Below are positions 8,289 to 17,021 of a stretch of 32,000 nucleotides of DNA, piece after piece. Positions within the stretch are counted from its first letter, which is position 1; every line of letters starts with the position of its first letter. Source of the stretch: Laedolimicola intestinihominis (lineage in GTDB: Bacteria; Bacillota; Clostridia; Lachnospirales; Lachnospiraceae); NCBI RefSeq assembly GCF_040096155.1, contig NZ_JBBMFE010000001.1, forward strand, positions 374,573 to 406,572, written 5' to 3'. The notes below the pieces were generated by a model, which was not told the DNA's origin, did not search any database, and was given only the letters and a program-made list of their open reading frames with translations. Made by a program: the position numbers and the translations under genes.

Positions 8289-9256
8289 GCGGAGCAGGCA
8301 GATGGTATACAGAGGAAGAATTGCAGATTGCGAAGAGCGTAGATTTGACGGCAGTGGCCCGGCGATTGGGCTATACGGTGGTACGGGTCGGATCTATGTA
8401 CACCTTAAAAGAAATGGATTCCATCCGTATCTATAATCGCCGGAGCTGGTTCCGGTGGTCAAGGGTTGCTGAAAAGGGCAGTAACGGAGGAACCCAGATT
8501 GATTTCCTGCGGGTATTTGGTGGCATGAAGGTCAAGGATGCAGTGTTCTGGCTTCTGGATTTTGCAGGATATCGGCGATTGGACGAGGAAGGGTTACAGC
8601 CACTCAAATATCAGGTGAAGGAAGAAGCAAAGAAGAAACTATTTTGTCTGCCAGAGCCTGCGGCAGGGTATGATGCAGTTTACCGGTATCTTGGTGAAGA
8701 GCGCAGCATTGGTAGAGAGGTGATTGATTTCTTTATCCGTCAGGACTTGATATATGCTTCCAAAAGATACAGGGATGTGGTGTTCAAGGGAAATGACCGG
8801 AATGGGGTTACCCATTTTGCCAGCCTGCGTGGGCCGGATATCAAGCGGGATGTGGCCGGAAATGATAAGCATTACGGCTTTAACTGCTGGAATGATGACA
8901 GTACAGAATTGGAGGTATTTGAGGGCGCAATAGATTTGTTGAGTTTCACGGAGTTGACACAGAACTATGAGACGAACAAGCTGGCGCTTGGAATGCTGTC
9001 AGATGCACCTTTGGAAACTTTTCTGGGGGAACATCCGCAGATCCGAAGCATAGCCTTTTGCTTGGACAATGACCAGCCGGGAAGAGAGGCGACGGAGCGG
9101 CTGATGCGAAAGTATTACGAGAGGGGGTATGAAGTAGAGGACGCACCGCCGCCGTCAGCCTATAAGGATTACAACGAGTGTCTGGCAGACCTGAAGAGAC
9201 AGATGTTGCAGGAACGTGATTTGACGGCAAAAAGTGCTGGCAAAATGAAAAAATGA
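8285..9256 (+). CDS. DUF3991/Toprim domain protein (TraC-primase-like)
   Basis: 323 aa. The ATGA start overlaps the radC stop. Toprim Glu in VFEGAIDLLSF and DxD in CLDNDQPGREA. The 3' end runs into the repeat array. Confidence 0.75.
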   Translation: MSGAGRWYTEEELQIAKSVDLTAVARRLGYTVVRVGSMYTLKEMDSIRIYNRRSWFRWSRVAEKGSNGGTQIDFLRVFGGMKVKDAVFWLLDFAGYRRLDEEGLQPLKYQVKEEAKKKLFCLPEPAAGYDAVYRYLGEERSIGREVIDFFIRQDLIYASKRYRDVVFKGNDRNGVTHFASLRGPDIKRDVAGNDKHYGFNCWNDDSTELEVFEGAIDLLSFTELTQNYETNKLALGMLSDAPLETFLGEHPQIRSIAFCLDNDQPGREATERLMRKYYERGYEVEDAPPPSAYKDYNECLADLKRQMLQERDLTAKSAGKMKK

Positions 9257-9404
9257 CGGCAAAAGATGACGGCAAAGCTGGAAAAGTGACGGCAAAAAGT
9301 GCCGGCACAGAGGAAAAGTGACGGCAAAAAATGCCGTCAAAATGAAAAAATGACGGCAAAAGATGACGGCAAAGTAAGAAAATGACGGCAAAAAGTGCCG
9401 TCAT
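9222..9404. repeat. Iteron-like array: eight direct TGACGGCAAA motifs organised as a ~97-bp tandem duplication, with internal hairpin units
   Basis: Motif copies start at 9222, 9254, 9267, 9287, 9319, 9351, 9364 and 9383. The 37-bp unit CAAAATGAAAAAATGACGGCAAAAGATGACGGCAAAG occurs at 9241-9277 and again at 9338-9374. Perfect hairpins are TGACGGCA-AAAAA-TGCCGTCA (9319-9339) and ATGACGGCA-AAAAG-TGCCGTCAT (9382-9404). Confidence 0.9.
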
Positions 9405-9422
9405 TCTATGATATCAGGGGTT

Positions 9423-9483
9423 TTAGGGGATTTTCCCCTAACCAGAGGCATTTGGACGGTGACGTCACAAATGCGTATCTGGC
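9423..9483 (+). promoter_or_regulatory. Candidate oriT core: two palindromes followed by a MOBP-like nic motif
   Basis: TTAGGGGA-TTT-TCCCCTAA (9423-9441), the 10-bp palindrome GTGACGTCAC (9459-9468), and 7 nt later TATCTGGC (9476-9483), which resembles the YATCCTG/Y nic core. It lies directly upstream of the mobC/relaxase operon. Confidence 0.3.
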
Positions 9484-9579
9484 AAGAGACCGACAGGGCT
9501 CTTGAAAAGAAGGGAGGAATAAAGTACGGAAGAAACAAAAATAGAGTGGATAAAAAATGCGGATGATTTTCTGGACTGG

Positions 9580-10047
9580 ATGACGGTCCACCAAAGCTAT
9601 TCGGCAGTTTTCAAAAAGGATGCGGCGGCTGTGCTGTTCTATGTAGAGCAGATGCAGTACGAGATTGGCAGTCGGGACGGGGAGCTTGTACGGCGGAAGA
9701 TTGGAAAAGAGAAAGTAGAGTCATACCGGTATGAGGATTTGATTGATGATGTAGATATCTGGATTTTTGGGAAAATACTGGAACTGAACGCGCTTCGGGA
9801 TGATTGTCGCAATGACATTGAACGGGCGGTTCATGAGAGCGAGTATCAGCGGCTGAAGGAGGATGAGCGGCGTGTCGGAAAACTGTACGAGAAGACTTGT
9901 TACGGGAAGGCAGTAGATGTCTTAGCGGAGCGGTTGGCAGAAAAACTGTTTGACAATATCCTGAAGGGCAAGTACAAGCAGGAAATTCAGGATATAGCAG
10001 AGAAAATCTGCAGTTTTGCGGAAGAGGAAAAGAAGTATGGCCGCTAA
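9580..10047 (+). CDS. Hypothetical protein, first gene of the relaxosome operon
   Basis: 155-aa ORF with coding-like composition. Its stop overlaps the MobC start by 11 nt. No family recognised. Confidence 0.6.
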   Translation: MTVHQSYSAVFKKDAAAVLFYVEQMQYEIGSRDGELVRRKIGKEKVESYRYEDLIDDVDIWIFGKILELNALRDDCRNDIERAVHESEYQRLKEDERRVGKLYEKTCYGKAVDVLAERLAEKLFDNILKGKYKQEIQDIAEKICSFAEEEKKYGR

Positions 10048-10363
10048 ATGGGTGCGGAAAACCGTACGATTAACGGAGATGGAAGCGAGGCTTTTGGCAG
10101 AAAGAGCTGCAGAGAGCGGATTACCGGAAAATCAGTACATTCGTTTCCAGATACGGCAAAGACCGTCAGATTATCCGGCGGTGCAAAAATTGTTAAAAGA
10201 GCTGCTCAATGAGATAAACCGGATAGGGAACAATATCAACCAGATTGTTCACGGAAATCACATGGATTTTTATACAGAAGCAGACAAAGAACAGCTTTCG
10301 GCTTATATGAGGCGGCTGAATCTGTCCATGCGTGAGGTGATAGAGAAAATTGGCAATCAGTAA
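10037..10363 (+). CDS. mobC: MobC-family relaxosome accessory protein
   Basis: VRLTEMEARLLAERAAESGLPENQYIRFQI ... LNEINRIGNNINQIV matches the MobC (RHH-like plus NNxNQ) pattern. I prefer the ATG at 10037 (GAGGAAAAG upstream) over the track start at 10016. Confidence 0.8.
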   Translation: MAAKWVRKTVRLTEMEARLLAERAAESGLPENQYIRFQIRQRPSDYPAVQKLLKELLNEINRIGNNINQIVHGNHMDFYTEADKEQLSAYMRRLNLSMREVIEKIGNQ

Positions 10364-11840
10364 AATTACCTGTATGAAAGATTGCGGAAAGAGTTATCAC
10401 GGAAAACATTTGAGGGCAGCTCTTGCATATATCACAGTTCCGGAAAAGACACAGCAAGGGAGGCTGGTGGCAGGTATAAATTGCGTACCGGAATTTGCTT
10501 TTGAGCAGATGAAGGATACAAAACGGAAATACGGGAAGTTAGACAAGCGGCAGGGATATCATTTGGTCTTATCCTTCAAAGAAAATGAGGTTACCCCGGA
10601 CACCGCCATGGAATTAACTTCCCGCTTCGTAAAGGAATATCTCGGCAGCGAATACGAGGCTGTCTACGCCGTCCACGACAACACCCGGCATATTCACGCC
10701 CATATCGTATTCAACAGCGTGAGCTTCCTAACCGGGAAAAAGTACCGCTATGAAAAAGGTGACTGGGCCAGGGAGATACAGCCTATCACCAACCGACTCT
10801 GTCAGGAGTATGGTCTGTCCACAATCGAAATTGAGGACGATAAGCTGAATCAGGATGTGGAATACCGGGAAACCCGGAAAGAGCAGGCAATTCAGCATGT
10901 CTGGAATTCGGCTATTCGGCGGGATCTGGATGCTTGTATCATTCTGTCAGCCACGTATGAGGAGTTTCAGCGGGAGCTTACAGAACGGGGCTATGAGTGT
11001 AAAGAAGGCAAGTATCTGGCTATCCGTCCGCCGGGCATGAAGCGGTTCCGCAGGACGCAGCGACTGGGAGAGGATTATACGATAGAACGAATACAGGAGA
11101 GAATTGAGACCGAAACTTTGCGGTCAGTCGCCAGGGCAGGCCAGGGCCATGCCCCGCGGATCGTGGGCGGCAGTGTCCGCAGACACCGGAGGCCGAAACT
11201 GACGGGTCTGCAGAAGCGGTACTTTGCCCGCCTGTACAGGATCGGCAAGCTGAAAAAGCGACCTTACAGTCAGGTGTGGAGATACTGGGAAGATATCCGG
11301 AAAATGAAAAAGCTCCAGAATCAATATCTGTTTCTGGCCAGAGAGGACATCACGACGGTTCCGGAGCTTCAGAATGCCGTACAGGCTCTGACTGCCAGGC
11401 AAAAGGAAGCGGCCAGGGAGAAAAGCCGTCTGGGAAAACAGAAGCACCGATTTCAGGAGTTGTTTGAATTGGCGGCAAAGATGGAGGAGCTGGAAGCAGC
11501 GTTTCATTCCTATGAGCGTGGCGATTCCTTTTTTACGGAAGAGCATCAGGAATATGAGGCGTGCCAGAAGGCCTTGGCGGAAAAGGGATATACCTATGAG
11601 GAAATCTGCGCGGTCAGGGAGCGGATTACCCGGGAGTATGCGGAAGCGACTTCCCGGGAACGGCAGCTCTACCGGGAACTGAAAACCGGAAAGGGACTGT
11701 TAAAAGAAATGGAAACAGAGGATAAAACACAGAGACAGACAAAGGGGGAAATAGATGGAACAGAACGAAGAGAAGAGCAGGAAGCTCAGCGCCAGGGAGA
11801 TCGAGGCGTATCTGCAGAAAATGAAAAAATCACATTATAG
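10350..11840 (+). CDS. Relaxase/mobilisation nuclease (MobA/VirD2 family)
   Basis: 496 aa. It has the histidine triad VHDNTRHIHAHIVFNSVS and an N-terminal MAISKI.. start typical of this family (TTG start at 10350; the alternative ATG is at 10374). The C-terminal half is a basic coiled coil. Confidence 0.85.
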   Translation: MAISKITCMKDCGKSYHGKHLRAALAYITVPEKTQQGRLVAGINCVPEFAFEQMKDTKRKYGKLDKRQGYHLVLSFKENEVTPDTAMELTSRFVKEYLGSEYEAVYAVHDNTRHIHAHIVFNSVSFLTGKKYRYEKGDWAREIQPITNRLCQEYGLSTIEIEDDKLNQDVEYRETRKEQAIQHVWNSAIRRDLDACIILSATYEEFQRELTERGYECKEGKYLAIRPPGMKRFRRTQRLGEDYTIERIQERIETETLRSVARAGQGHAPRIVGGSVRRHRRPKLTGLQKRYFARLYRIGKLKKRPYSQVWRYWEDIRKMKKLQNQYLFLAREDITTVPELQNAVQALTARQKEAAREKSRLGKQKHRFQELFELAAKMEELEAAFHSYERGDSFFTEEHQEYEACQKALAEKGYTYEEICAVRERITREYAEATSRERQLYRELKTGKGLLKEMETEDKTQRQTKGEIDGTERREEQEAQRQGDRGVSAENEKITL

Positions 11841-12723
11841 TGGCGATGTGATGGAGCTGGTGAAGGATGATCTGGAGTATGGCCTGAGCCCGGCCCAAGT
11901 GGAGAGTTATCTGAACCGGGCCGATTTTTCGTCTCGACAGAAAAAACTATATTCCGAGGCGCTCCGGGATAACTTTTCGAAGGAAGTATTGGAAATTGCG
12001 TTTGCCCGTGGCCTGAAGGTTCAGCAGATGCAGGTGGCCTGCGGGTATGTCCGGAAGGGAATCTCAGAAGACGCACTCAGGGAAGTCCTCAGCGAAGAAC
12101 GCAGTGCAAAAGAAATGAGTGACATGATGCAGGATATCTTAAACCGTCAGGAGGAAGACGCGGCTGTCCCGGTAACGGAGCTTTCGGATAGCCTGCAGGA
12201 GCAACTGGATGAGGCGCTACAGCAGAAAGAATATCTGGAACAGCAGATAGCGGCGAAGGAAAAAGAGATTCAGGAAGGGCTTGCGAAAGTGGCCAGCCAG
12301 CGAGGCACCATCGAGGAGCAGGCAGCCCGGATTCGGGAGCTGGAGGAGCAGTTGGAAAAGCGCCCGGAAAAGCGCCCGGTTCGTCCGCAGGTGTCCTACG
12401 AAGTGCAGATGCAGATGGAGCAGGGAAAGCCGCCTGTACAGATACCGGTAGAACCGGTAGAGGTGGAACGTAAGAGAAGTAATGATGTCGGTAGATTCAA
12501 GATGTTGTTTGAAAAAAGGAAAGCCAGGACCGACATGGTAAAGCTGGTGTCCCAGGCCGATTTGTCGGAGGGACAGCTTGCGGCGATTCTTGCGGGAATG
12601 GAGCAGGGGCTTACCCAGGAGCAGCTTACAGAGCTGGTACACTGCGGGGCTACCCCGGAAAAGATGCAGATAATTGTGGAAATTGCCGTGCTGGAGAACA
12701 GCATGAGAAGAGAGGAGGCGTGA
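11755..12723 (+). CDS. Hypothetical coiled-coil protein with repeated ~40-aa helical motifs
   Basis: 322 aa with a strong AAGGGGG RBS. It overlaps the relaxase 3' end by 86 nt. There is a central Glu/Gln-rich coiled coil, and motif copies lie at both ends (see findings). Confidence 0.7.
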   Translation: MEQNEEKSRKLSAREIEAYLQKMKKSHYSGDVMELVKDDLEYGLSPAQVESYLNRADFSSRQKKLYSEALRDNFSKEVLEIAFARGLKVQQMQVACGYVRKGISEDALREVLSEERSAKEMSDMMQDILNRQEEDAAVPVTELSDSLQEQLDEALQQKEYLEQQIAAKEKEIQEGLAKVASQRGTIEEQAARIRELEEQLEKRPEKRPVRPQVSYEVQMQMEQGKPPVQIPVEPVEVERKRSNDVGRFKMLFEKRKARTDMVKLVSQADLSEGQLAAILAGMEQGLTQEQLTELVHCGATPEKMQIIVEIAVLENSMRREEA

Positions 12724-13679
12724 GATTGGCGGAAGAAATTCAGGAGGCGATCCAGATTATCCGGGTAGCCTATGACGGCGTGGAGATCTGCATGAAAGCA
12801 GGTTCCAGCGGCCTGAAAGCGCTGCAGCAGATCGTGCAGCTCTTCAAATATCTGCTTGACCAGGAAAAGCTGAGCGGAAAAACCAGTATGAAAAAGCTTC
12901 TGATGCGGGGCGGTGATCTGCAGGTTTTAAAGTTTCCGGAACAGGATTTGAAACGGATAGAAAAGGCTGCGAAGAAATACGGGATTCTGTATACGAGACT
13001 GCCGGATATCAATGCAAAGGATGGATATGCAGAGATTCTGTTCCATTCGGAAGCAGTCCCACGGGTCAATTTGTTGATTGAAAAGCTGAAAGCCGGAAAG
13101 ATAGCGACAATAGAGGATTATCTGAACAACGGGGTAGAGGAAGAAATGGAGAAGCTGCCTGGTTTTTTAAAGGAACGGCTGCCCGGCGGTAATTACAGGG
13201 AAGAAGAGTTGGAGGAACTGCAGGAGCTGGCGGCCCGGATACAGGCGAACGCAATCCGAAAGGATACCCCCTGCGTCGCGATCACACTGGATCAGTCGCT
13301 CATTGCAGAGGAGACGGCGGATCGGATAAAAACCAGAATTCCCGGCACCTGGGGCGAGCATATCCGGTATCTGTGGATTGATAAGGCAGATATGGTGAAA
13401 ATCCACGGCGGGAAGACAATGCTGACATTTCTTGATCCGGAAAAAGACTATACCATCTTTGGAAAAGAGGAAAAGCTGAGGGAGCAGATCCGGGGAGCCG
13501 AACTGTATGAGAAGCATTATGATCCGGTAGAAAAGGAATTACGAAAGAAGGCGGAGACGACTGAGAAACAGCAAACGAAAAATGAAAGAGCGAAGAATGA
13601 AAGAACGAAGAATCGGAAGAAATCCGGAGAGACCGGCGCGAAAAACAGTAGAAAAACTGGCAGGAAAAAAGGCAGGTGA
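12720..13679 (+). CDS. PcfB/DUF3801 family conjugation protein
   Basis: GKTSMKKLLMRGGDLQVLKFPEQDLKRIEKAAKKYGILYTRLPDINAKDGYAEILF is the characteristic DUF3801 core. The tail is Lys-rich. The start is uncertain (GTG 12720 or TTG 12726). Confidence 0.8.
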   Translation: MRLAEEIQEAIQIIRVAYDGVEICMKAGSSGLKALQQIVQLFKYLLDQEKLSGKTSMKKLLMRGGDLQVLKFPEQDLKRIEKAAKKYGILYTRLPDINAKDGYAEILFHSEAVPRVNLLIEKLKAGKIATIEDYLNNGVEEEMEKLPGFLKERLPGGNYREEELEELQELAARIQANAIRKDTPCVAITLDQSLIAEETADRIKTRIPGTWGEHIRYLWIDKADMVKIHGGKTMLTFLDPEKDYTIFGKEEKLREQIRGAELYEKHYDPVEKELRKKAETTEKQQTKNERAKNERTKNRKKSGETGAKNSRKTGRKKGR

Positions 13680-13688
13680 TGAGAACGT

Positions 13689-15782
13689 ATGCAGACGGGA
13701 AAGAAGAAGCCCGCCCTTCCGTGGCTGCTTGCTGGTGCAGTGTTGGCCGGATATCTGGGCTACATGCTTGGCGGAATCTGGAAGGAGGGAATAACCTATG
13801 TGGAGTTCATGGAGCGCTTGAGCGCAGTCTGTGAAAGACCCCTAGCCAATTATTGGAGCGCCTATTCGCTGAAACTGATTGCTTTTGCGGAGCTGATATA
13901 TGCGATGGCAATGCTCATGTACTACACCAGTGGACGGAACCTTATGCCCGGTAAGGAGCATGGTACAGCCCGTCTGGAGCCTCCAGCGCAGGCCGCCCGG
14001 CTTCTGGAGGATAAAGACCCGGAAAGAAACCGGATCTTGAGTAAAAATGTCCGTATGTCTATGGATTTCCGGAAACTAAAACTCAACGGGAATATCCTGA
14101 TCTGCGGAGGCTCAGGAGCCGGAAAGACCTTTTACTTTGTAAAGCCCAACCTGATGCAGCTCCCCAGGAACTGCTCTTTTATCTGTACCGATCCGAAGGG
14201 AGAGATCCTGCGAAGCTGCGGACAGATGCTAAAGGACAACGGCTATCAGGTGAAGGTCATCAACCTGTTGGAGATGGAAAAATCAGATTGCTATAACCCA
14301 TTCCGTTATATCCGTGAAGAGACCGATGTGGTGAAGCTGATTACGAACCTGATTGCCAATACCACACCAAAGGGAGCCAATTCTTCCGATCCGTTCTGGG
14401 AGAAAGCAGAGAGTATGCTGCTGCAGGCTCTCTTTTATTATGTCTGGCTGGAGGAACCGGACGCTACAAAGAACATGGGAACCGTGATGAAGCTTTTGGG
14501 AGAAGCGGAGGTAACGGAGCGGAACAAGCCGTCTAAGCTGGATCTGCGGATGCAGAAGCTGGCAGAGCGCTCTAAGCTGGGGAACCAGCACCCGGCCATT
14601 GTCCAGTATAACAAGTGTATGCGGGGAGCCGGGGATACGGTGCGGAGCATTATCATCAGCGCCAATTCTCGCTTGGCCTATCTGGAAAATCAGAAGGTAC
14701 TGCGGCTGTTGTCCAGGGATGATATGAATCTGGCGGAGCTTGGGACCGGCGTCAACCGGGACGAAAAGACTCGGACAGCACTTTTCTGTGTCATCCCGGA
14801 TTCTGATAAGTCCTATAACTTCATTATCGGTATGCTTTACACCCAGATCTTTCAGGAACTATACTATCAGGCCGACTTTGAGTACGGCGGGCGGCTGCCG
14901 ATTCATGTGACCTTTATGCTGGACGAGTTTGCGAATGTGGCACTGCCGGATGATTTTTGTTCCCTGCTTTCCACCATGCGAAGCAGGGAGATCAGCAGCA
15001 TTATCATCATCCAGAATTTCGCGCAGCTTAAAGCGCTGTTCAAGGATACCTGGGAGACGATACCCGGAAACTGCGATACGTTTATTTATCTGGGCGGCAA
15101 TGAGCAGAGTACCCACAAATATGTGTCGGATCTTCTGGGTAAAAGTACCATTGACAAGAAGTCCACGGGAGAAACAAAAGGGCGGCAGGGCAGCTCCAGC
15201 CGAAACTACGATGTTCTTGGGCGGGAGCTTCTGACGCCGGATGAGGTACGGAAGCTGGATAACAAGAAATGTATTCTCTTTATCCGTGGCCTGAATCCGG
15301 TTCTGGATGATAAATTTATTCCATTTTCCCATCCCATGTTTCACCAGACAGCAGACGGTGGTGGGGCTGCTTATGAGCATAAGCCCAAGGAAAATCAGAA
15401 GCCTTATGAACTGTTGAATGAAAAGGCGATACGTTATTACGAAAAGCAGAAGAAAGCCGGAGCGCCGGTCTATATCAATACGGTGACCTATGAGGCGTTT
15501 ATGCAACTGGGTGATGATGGGCAAAGGGAAAACCAAAGCGCAGACGGGCATAAGGGTCAGAAGGGACAAAACCGACAGAAAGCCAGGGAAAATCAGGCGG
15601 ATACTATCGTAGTCCGGATCACGAGGTGGGACTATTCTGCTGAGCAGATCGAAGAGTTGAAAAAAGCAATCCAGGCAGGGATTCCCCAGGAGAAACTACT
15701 GGAAATATTCTATCCGGATGTACGCGTGGAAGAAATGCGAACCTTTCGGATGGCTTACAAAAAAGGAGTGAAGAACGATTGA
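13689..15782 (+). CDS. Type IV coupling protein (VirD4/TraG family)
   Basis: 697 aa with N-terminal TM helices, Walker A GGSGAGKT and Walker B FMLDEFAN. Confidence 0.9.
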   Translation: MQTGKKKPALPWLLAGAVLAGYLGYMLGGIWKEGITYVEFMERLSAVCERPLANYWSAYSLKLIAFAELIYAMAMLMYYTSGRNLMPGKEHGTARLEPPAQAARLLEDKDPERNRILSKNVRMSMDFRKLKLNGNILICGGSGAGKTFYFVKPNLMQLPRNCSFICTDPKGEILRSCGQMLKDNGYQVKVINLLEMEKSDCYNPFRYIREETDVVKLITNLIANTTPKGANSSDPFWEKAESMLLQALFYYVWLEEPDATKNMGTVMKLLGEAEVTERNKPSKLDLRMQKLAERSKLGNQHPAIVQYNKCMRGAGDTVRSIIISANSRLAYLENQKVLRLLSRDDMNLAELGTGVNRDEKTRTALFCVIPDSDKSYNFIIGMLYTQIFQELYYQADFEYGGRLPIHVTFMLDEFANVALPDDFCSLLSTMRSREISSIIIIQNFAQLKALFKDTWETIPGNCDTFIYLGGNEQSTHKYVSDLLGKSTIDKKSTGETKGRQGSSSRNYDVLGRELLTPDEVRKLDNKKCILFIRGLNPVLDDKFIPFSHPMFHQTADGGGAAYEHKPKENQKPYELLNEKAIRYYEKQKKAGAPVYINTVTYEAFMQLGDDGQRENQSADGHKGQKGQNRQKARENQADTIVVRITRWDYSAEQIEELKKAIQAGIPQEKLLEIFYPDVRVEEMRTFRMAYKKGVKND

Positions 15783-15802
15783 ATAAAAGAAAAGAGAGAA
15801 AT

Positions 15803-16105
15803 ATGAGAAAAAAGGTGCTGACGGTAACGGCCATTGTGTCTGGCATCTATGTGGCGGCCCTGTGGGTGATTACCAGCCACGCGGCAGGAACGGAAGTAGT
15901 AACCCAGCCGTTAGACAATCTGAAGACACTGGTGATCGCCGTGATTGGAGCGGTGGGCCTGATTATTCTGGCAAAGAACATCATGGAGTTTGCCCAGGCA
16001 TATCAGAATCAGGATTCCTCGTCCATGAACTCGGCGTTGAAGGGAATCGTGGCGGGAACGATTATGGCGATGATTTCGCCGGTACTTTCCTTCCTTGGAT
16101 TCTGA
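15803..16105 (+). CDS. Maff2-family small membrane protein
   Basis: MRKKVLTVTAIVSGIYVAALWV... gives a signal/TM segment plus a second TM segment. Size (~100 aa) and position between the T4CP and VirB6-like genes fit. I prefer the ATG at 15803 to the TTG at 15779. Confidence 0.7.
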   Translation: MRKKVLTVTAIVSGIYVAALWVITSHAAGTEVVTQPLDNLKTLVIAVIGAVGLIILAKNIMEFAQAYQNQDSSSMNSALKGIVAGTIMAMISPVLSFLGF

Positions 16106-16154
16106 AATTGGATTCCAATAGAGGAGAAAAGGGAAAGAGAGGTGAGAACAGGAT

Positions 16155-16997
16155 ATGGATGTATTTAAGCTGGGGGATAAGATTCTGGATTTGCTGGAAA
16201 TGGTATTCGGTTTCTGGAACAATCAGACTGGCATGATTTTCGCACTGCTGGGCCAGTCCCCGACCACCTTCAAGGGTGGAGGCCCGTGGAAGGTCATTAT
16301 GGATATTGAACCTACTTTTGTAGCAGTTGGGTCGTCCTTAGTGGTCTTATTTTTCGTGATTGGCTTCTGCTCGGAGAGTGTGGATGTCAAAGAGGAGCTT
16401 CGATTTGAGGCGATCCTTCGGATGCTCATGCGGCTGGGAATAGCGGAATGGCTTGTGACGAAAAATGTAACAATAATGCGGGCCTTCTTCACGTCGGTGG
16501 GCAGGCTGGTGGGGCTCTTGTCAGCGGGCGAGAGCACCACATTGACAATTAACGCAGAACAGGCGGAGATTATCAAGGGACTGGGCTTTGGTGAGAGCCT
16601 GATTATGTTGATTTTGGCGGCGCTTTTGTCCATCATCGTGATTATCTGTGGTTTTTTCATGGTGTATACGGTGTATTTCCGTTTCCTGAAAATATTGGTT
16701 CTGGTGCCTTTCGGGGCGCTGGCCTTTTCGACTACGGGCGGTAACCGGATGGTGAGCAGCACGGCGGTATCTTACAGTAAATACTTTTTATCTGTGTTAT
16801 TGGAAGCGGTGACCATGGCCCTTGCGATTATTGTATGCAACGCATTTATCAACGCTGGCCTCCCGGCCTTTACGGGAGACTATGCGGACTGGGCTAAGAC
16901 CCTGATTTATCTGTGCGATATGACCTTTACGGTGGCACTGACCGTGGGCAGTGTAAAAGGCGCGCAGGTGCTGACCAGCAAAGCGCTGGGCCTGTGA
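16155..16997 (+). CDS. VirB6/TrbL-like polytopic membrane protein (CD0415/CD1112-type)
   Basis: 280 aa with about six hydrophobic helices, located between the Maff2 and PrgI genes as in Firmicutes T4SS loci. Confidence 0.7.
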   Translation: MDVFKLGDKILDLLEMVFGFWNNQTGMIFALLGQSPTTFKGGGPWKVIMDIEPTFVAVGSSLVVLFFVIGFCSESVDVKEELRFEAILRMLMRLGIAEWLVTKNVTIMRAFFTSVGRLVGLLSAGESTTLTINAEQAEIIKGLGFGESLIMLILAALLSIIVIICGFFMVYTVYFRFLKILVLVPFGALAFSTTGGNRMVSSTAVSYSKYFLSVLLEAVTMALAIIVCNAFINAGLPAFTGDYADWAKTLIYLCDMTFTVALTVGSVKGAQVLTSKALGL

Positions 16998-17021
16998 GAG
17001 AGGAAAGGAGAAAAAAGAACA

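Noticed and set aside
8946-9404. Minus-strand ORFs of 152 and 78 aa with repetitive LPSFFHF/FAVIF peptides, and plus-strand mini-ORFs starting ATGACGGCAAAA (MTAK...).
   Set aside because: They are by-products of translating the TGACGGCAAA repeat array. There is no SD and no non-repetitive sequence.
9222-9404. Possibility that the repeat array is a CRISPR array.
   Set aside because: The repeat unit is only ~10-21 nt and the copies are contiguous or separated by a few A-rich bases, so there are no unique spacers of 25-40 nt. No cas genes are present in the window.
11755-11840. 86-nt overlap between the relaxase 3' end and the next gene as evidence for a frameshift or pseudogene.
   Set aside because: Both ORFs are intact and the downstream gene has a strong SD. 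The relaxase tail is a low-complexity charged extension, so a simple overlap is the most economical reading.
13560-13680. Micro-tandem repeat AATGAAAGARCGAAG at the 3' end of the PcfB-like gene.
   Set aside because: There are only two or three imperfect copies, encoding a Lys/Arg/Asn-rich tail (KNERAKNERTKNRKK). This is ordinary low-complexity coding sequence.
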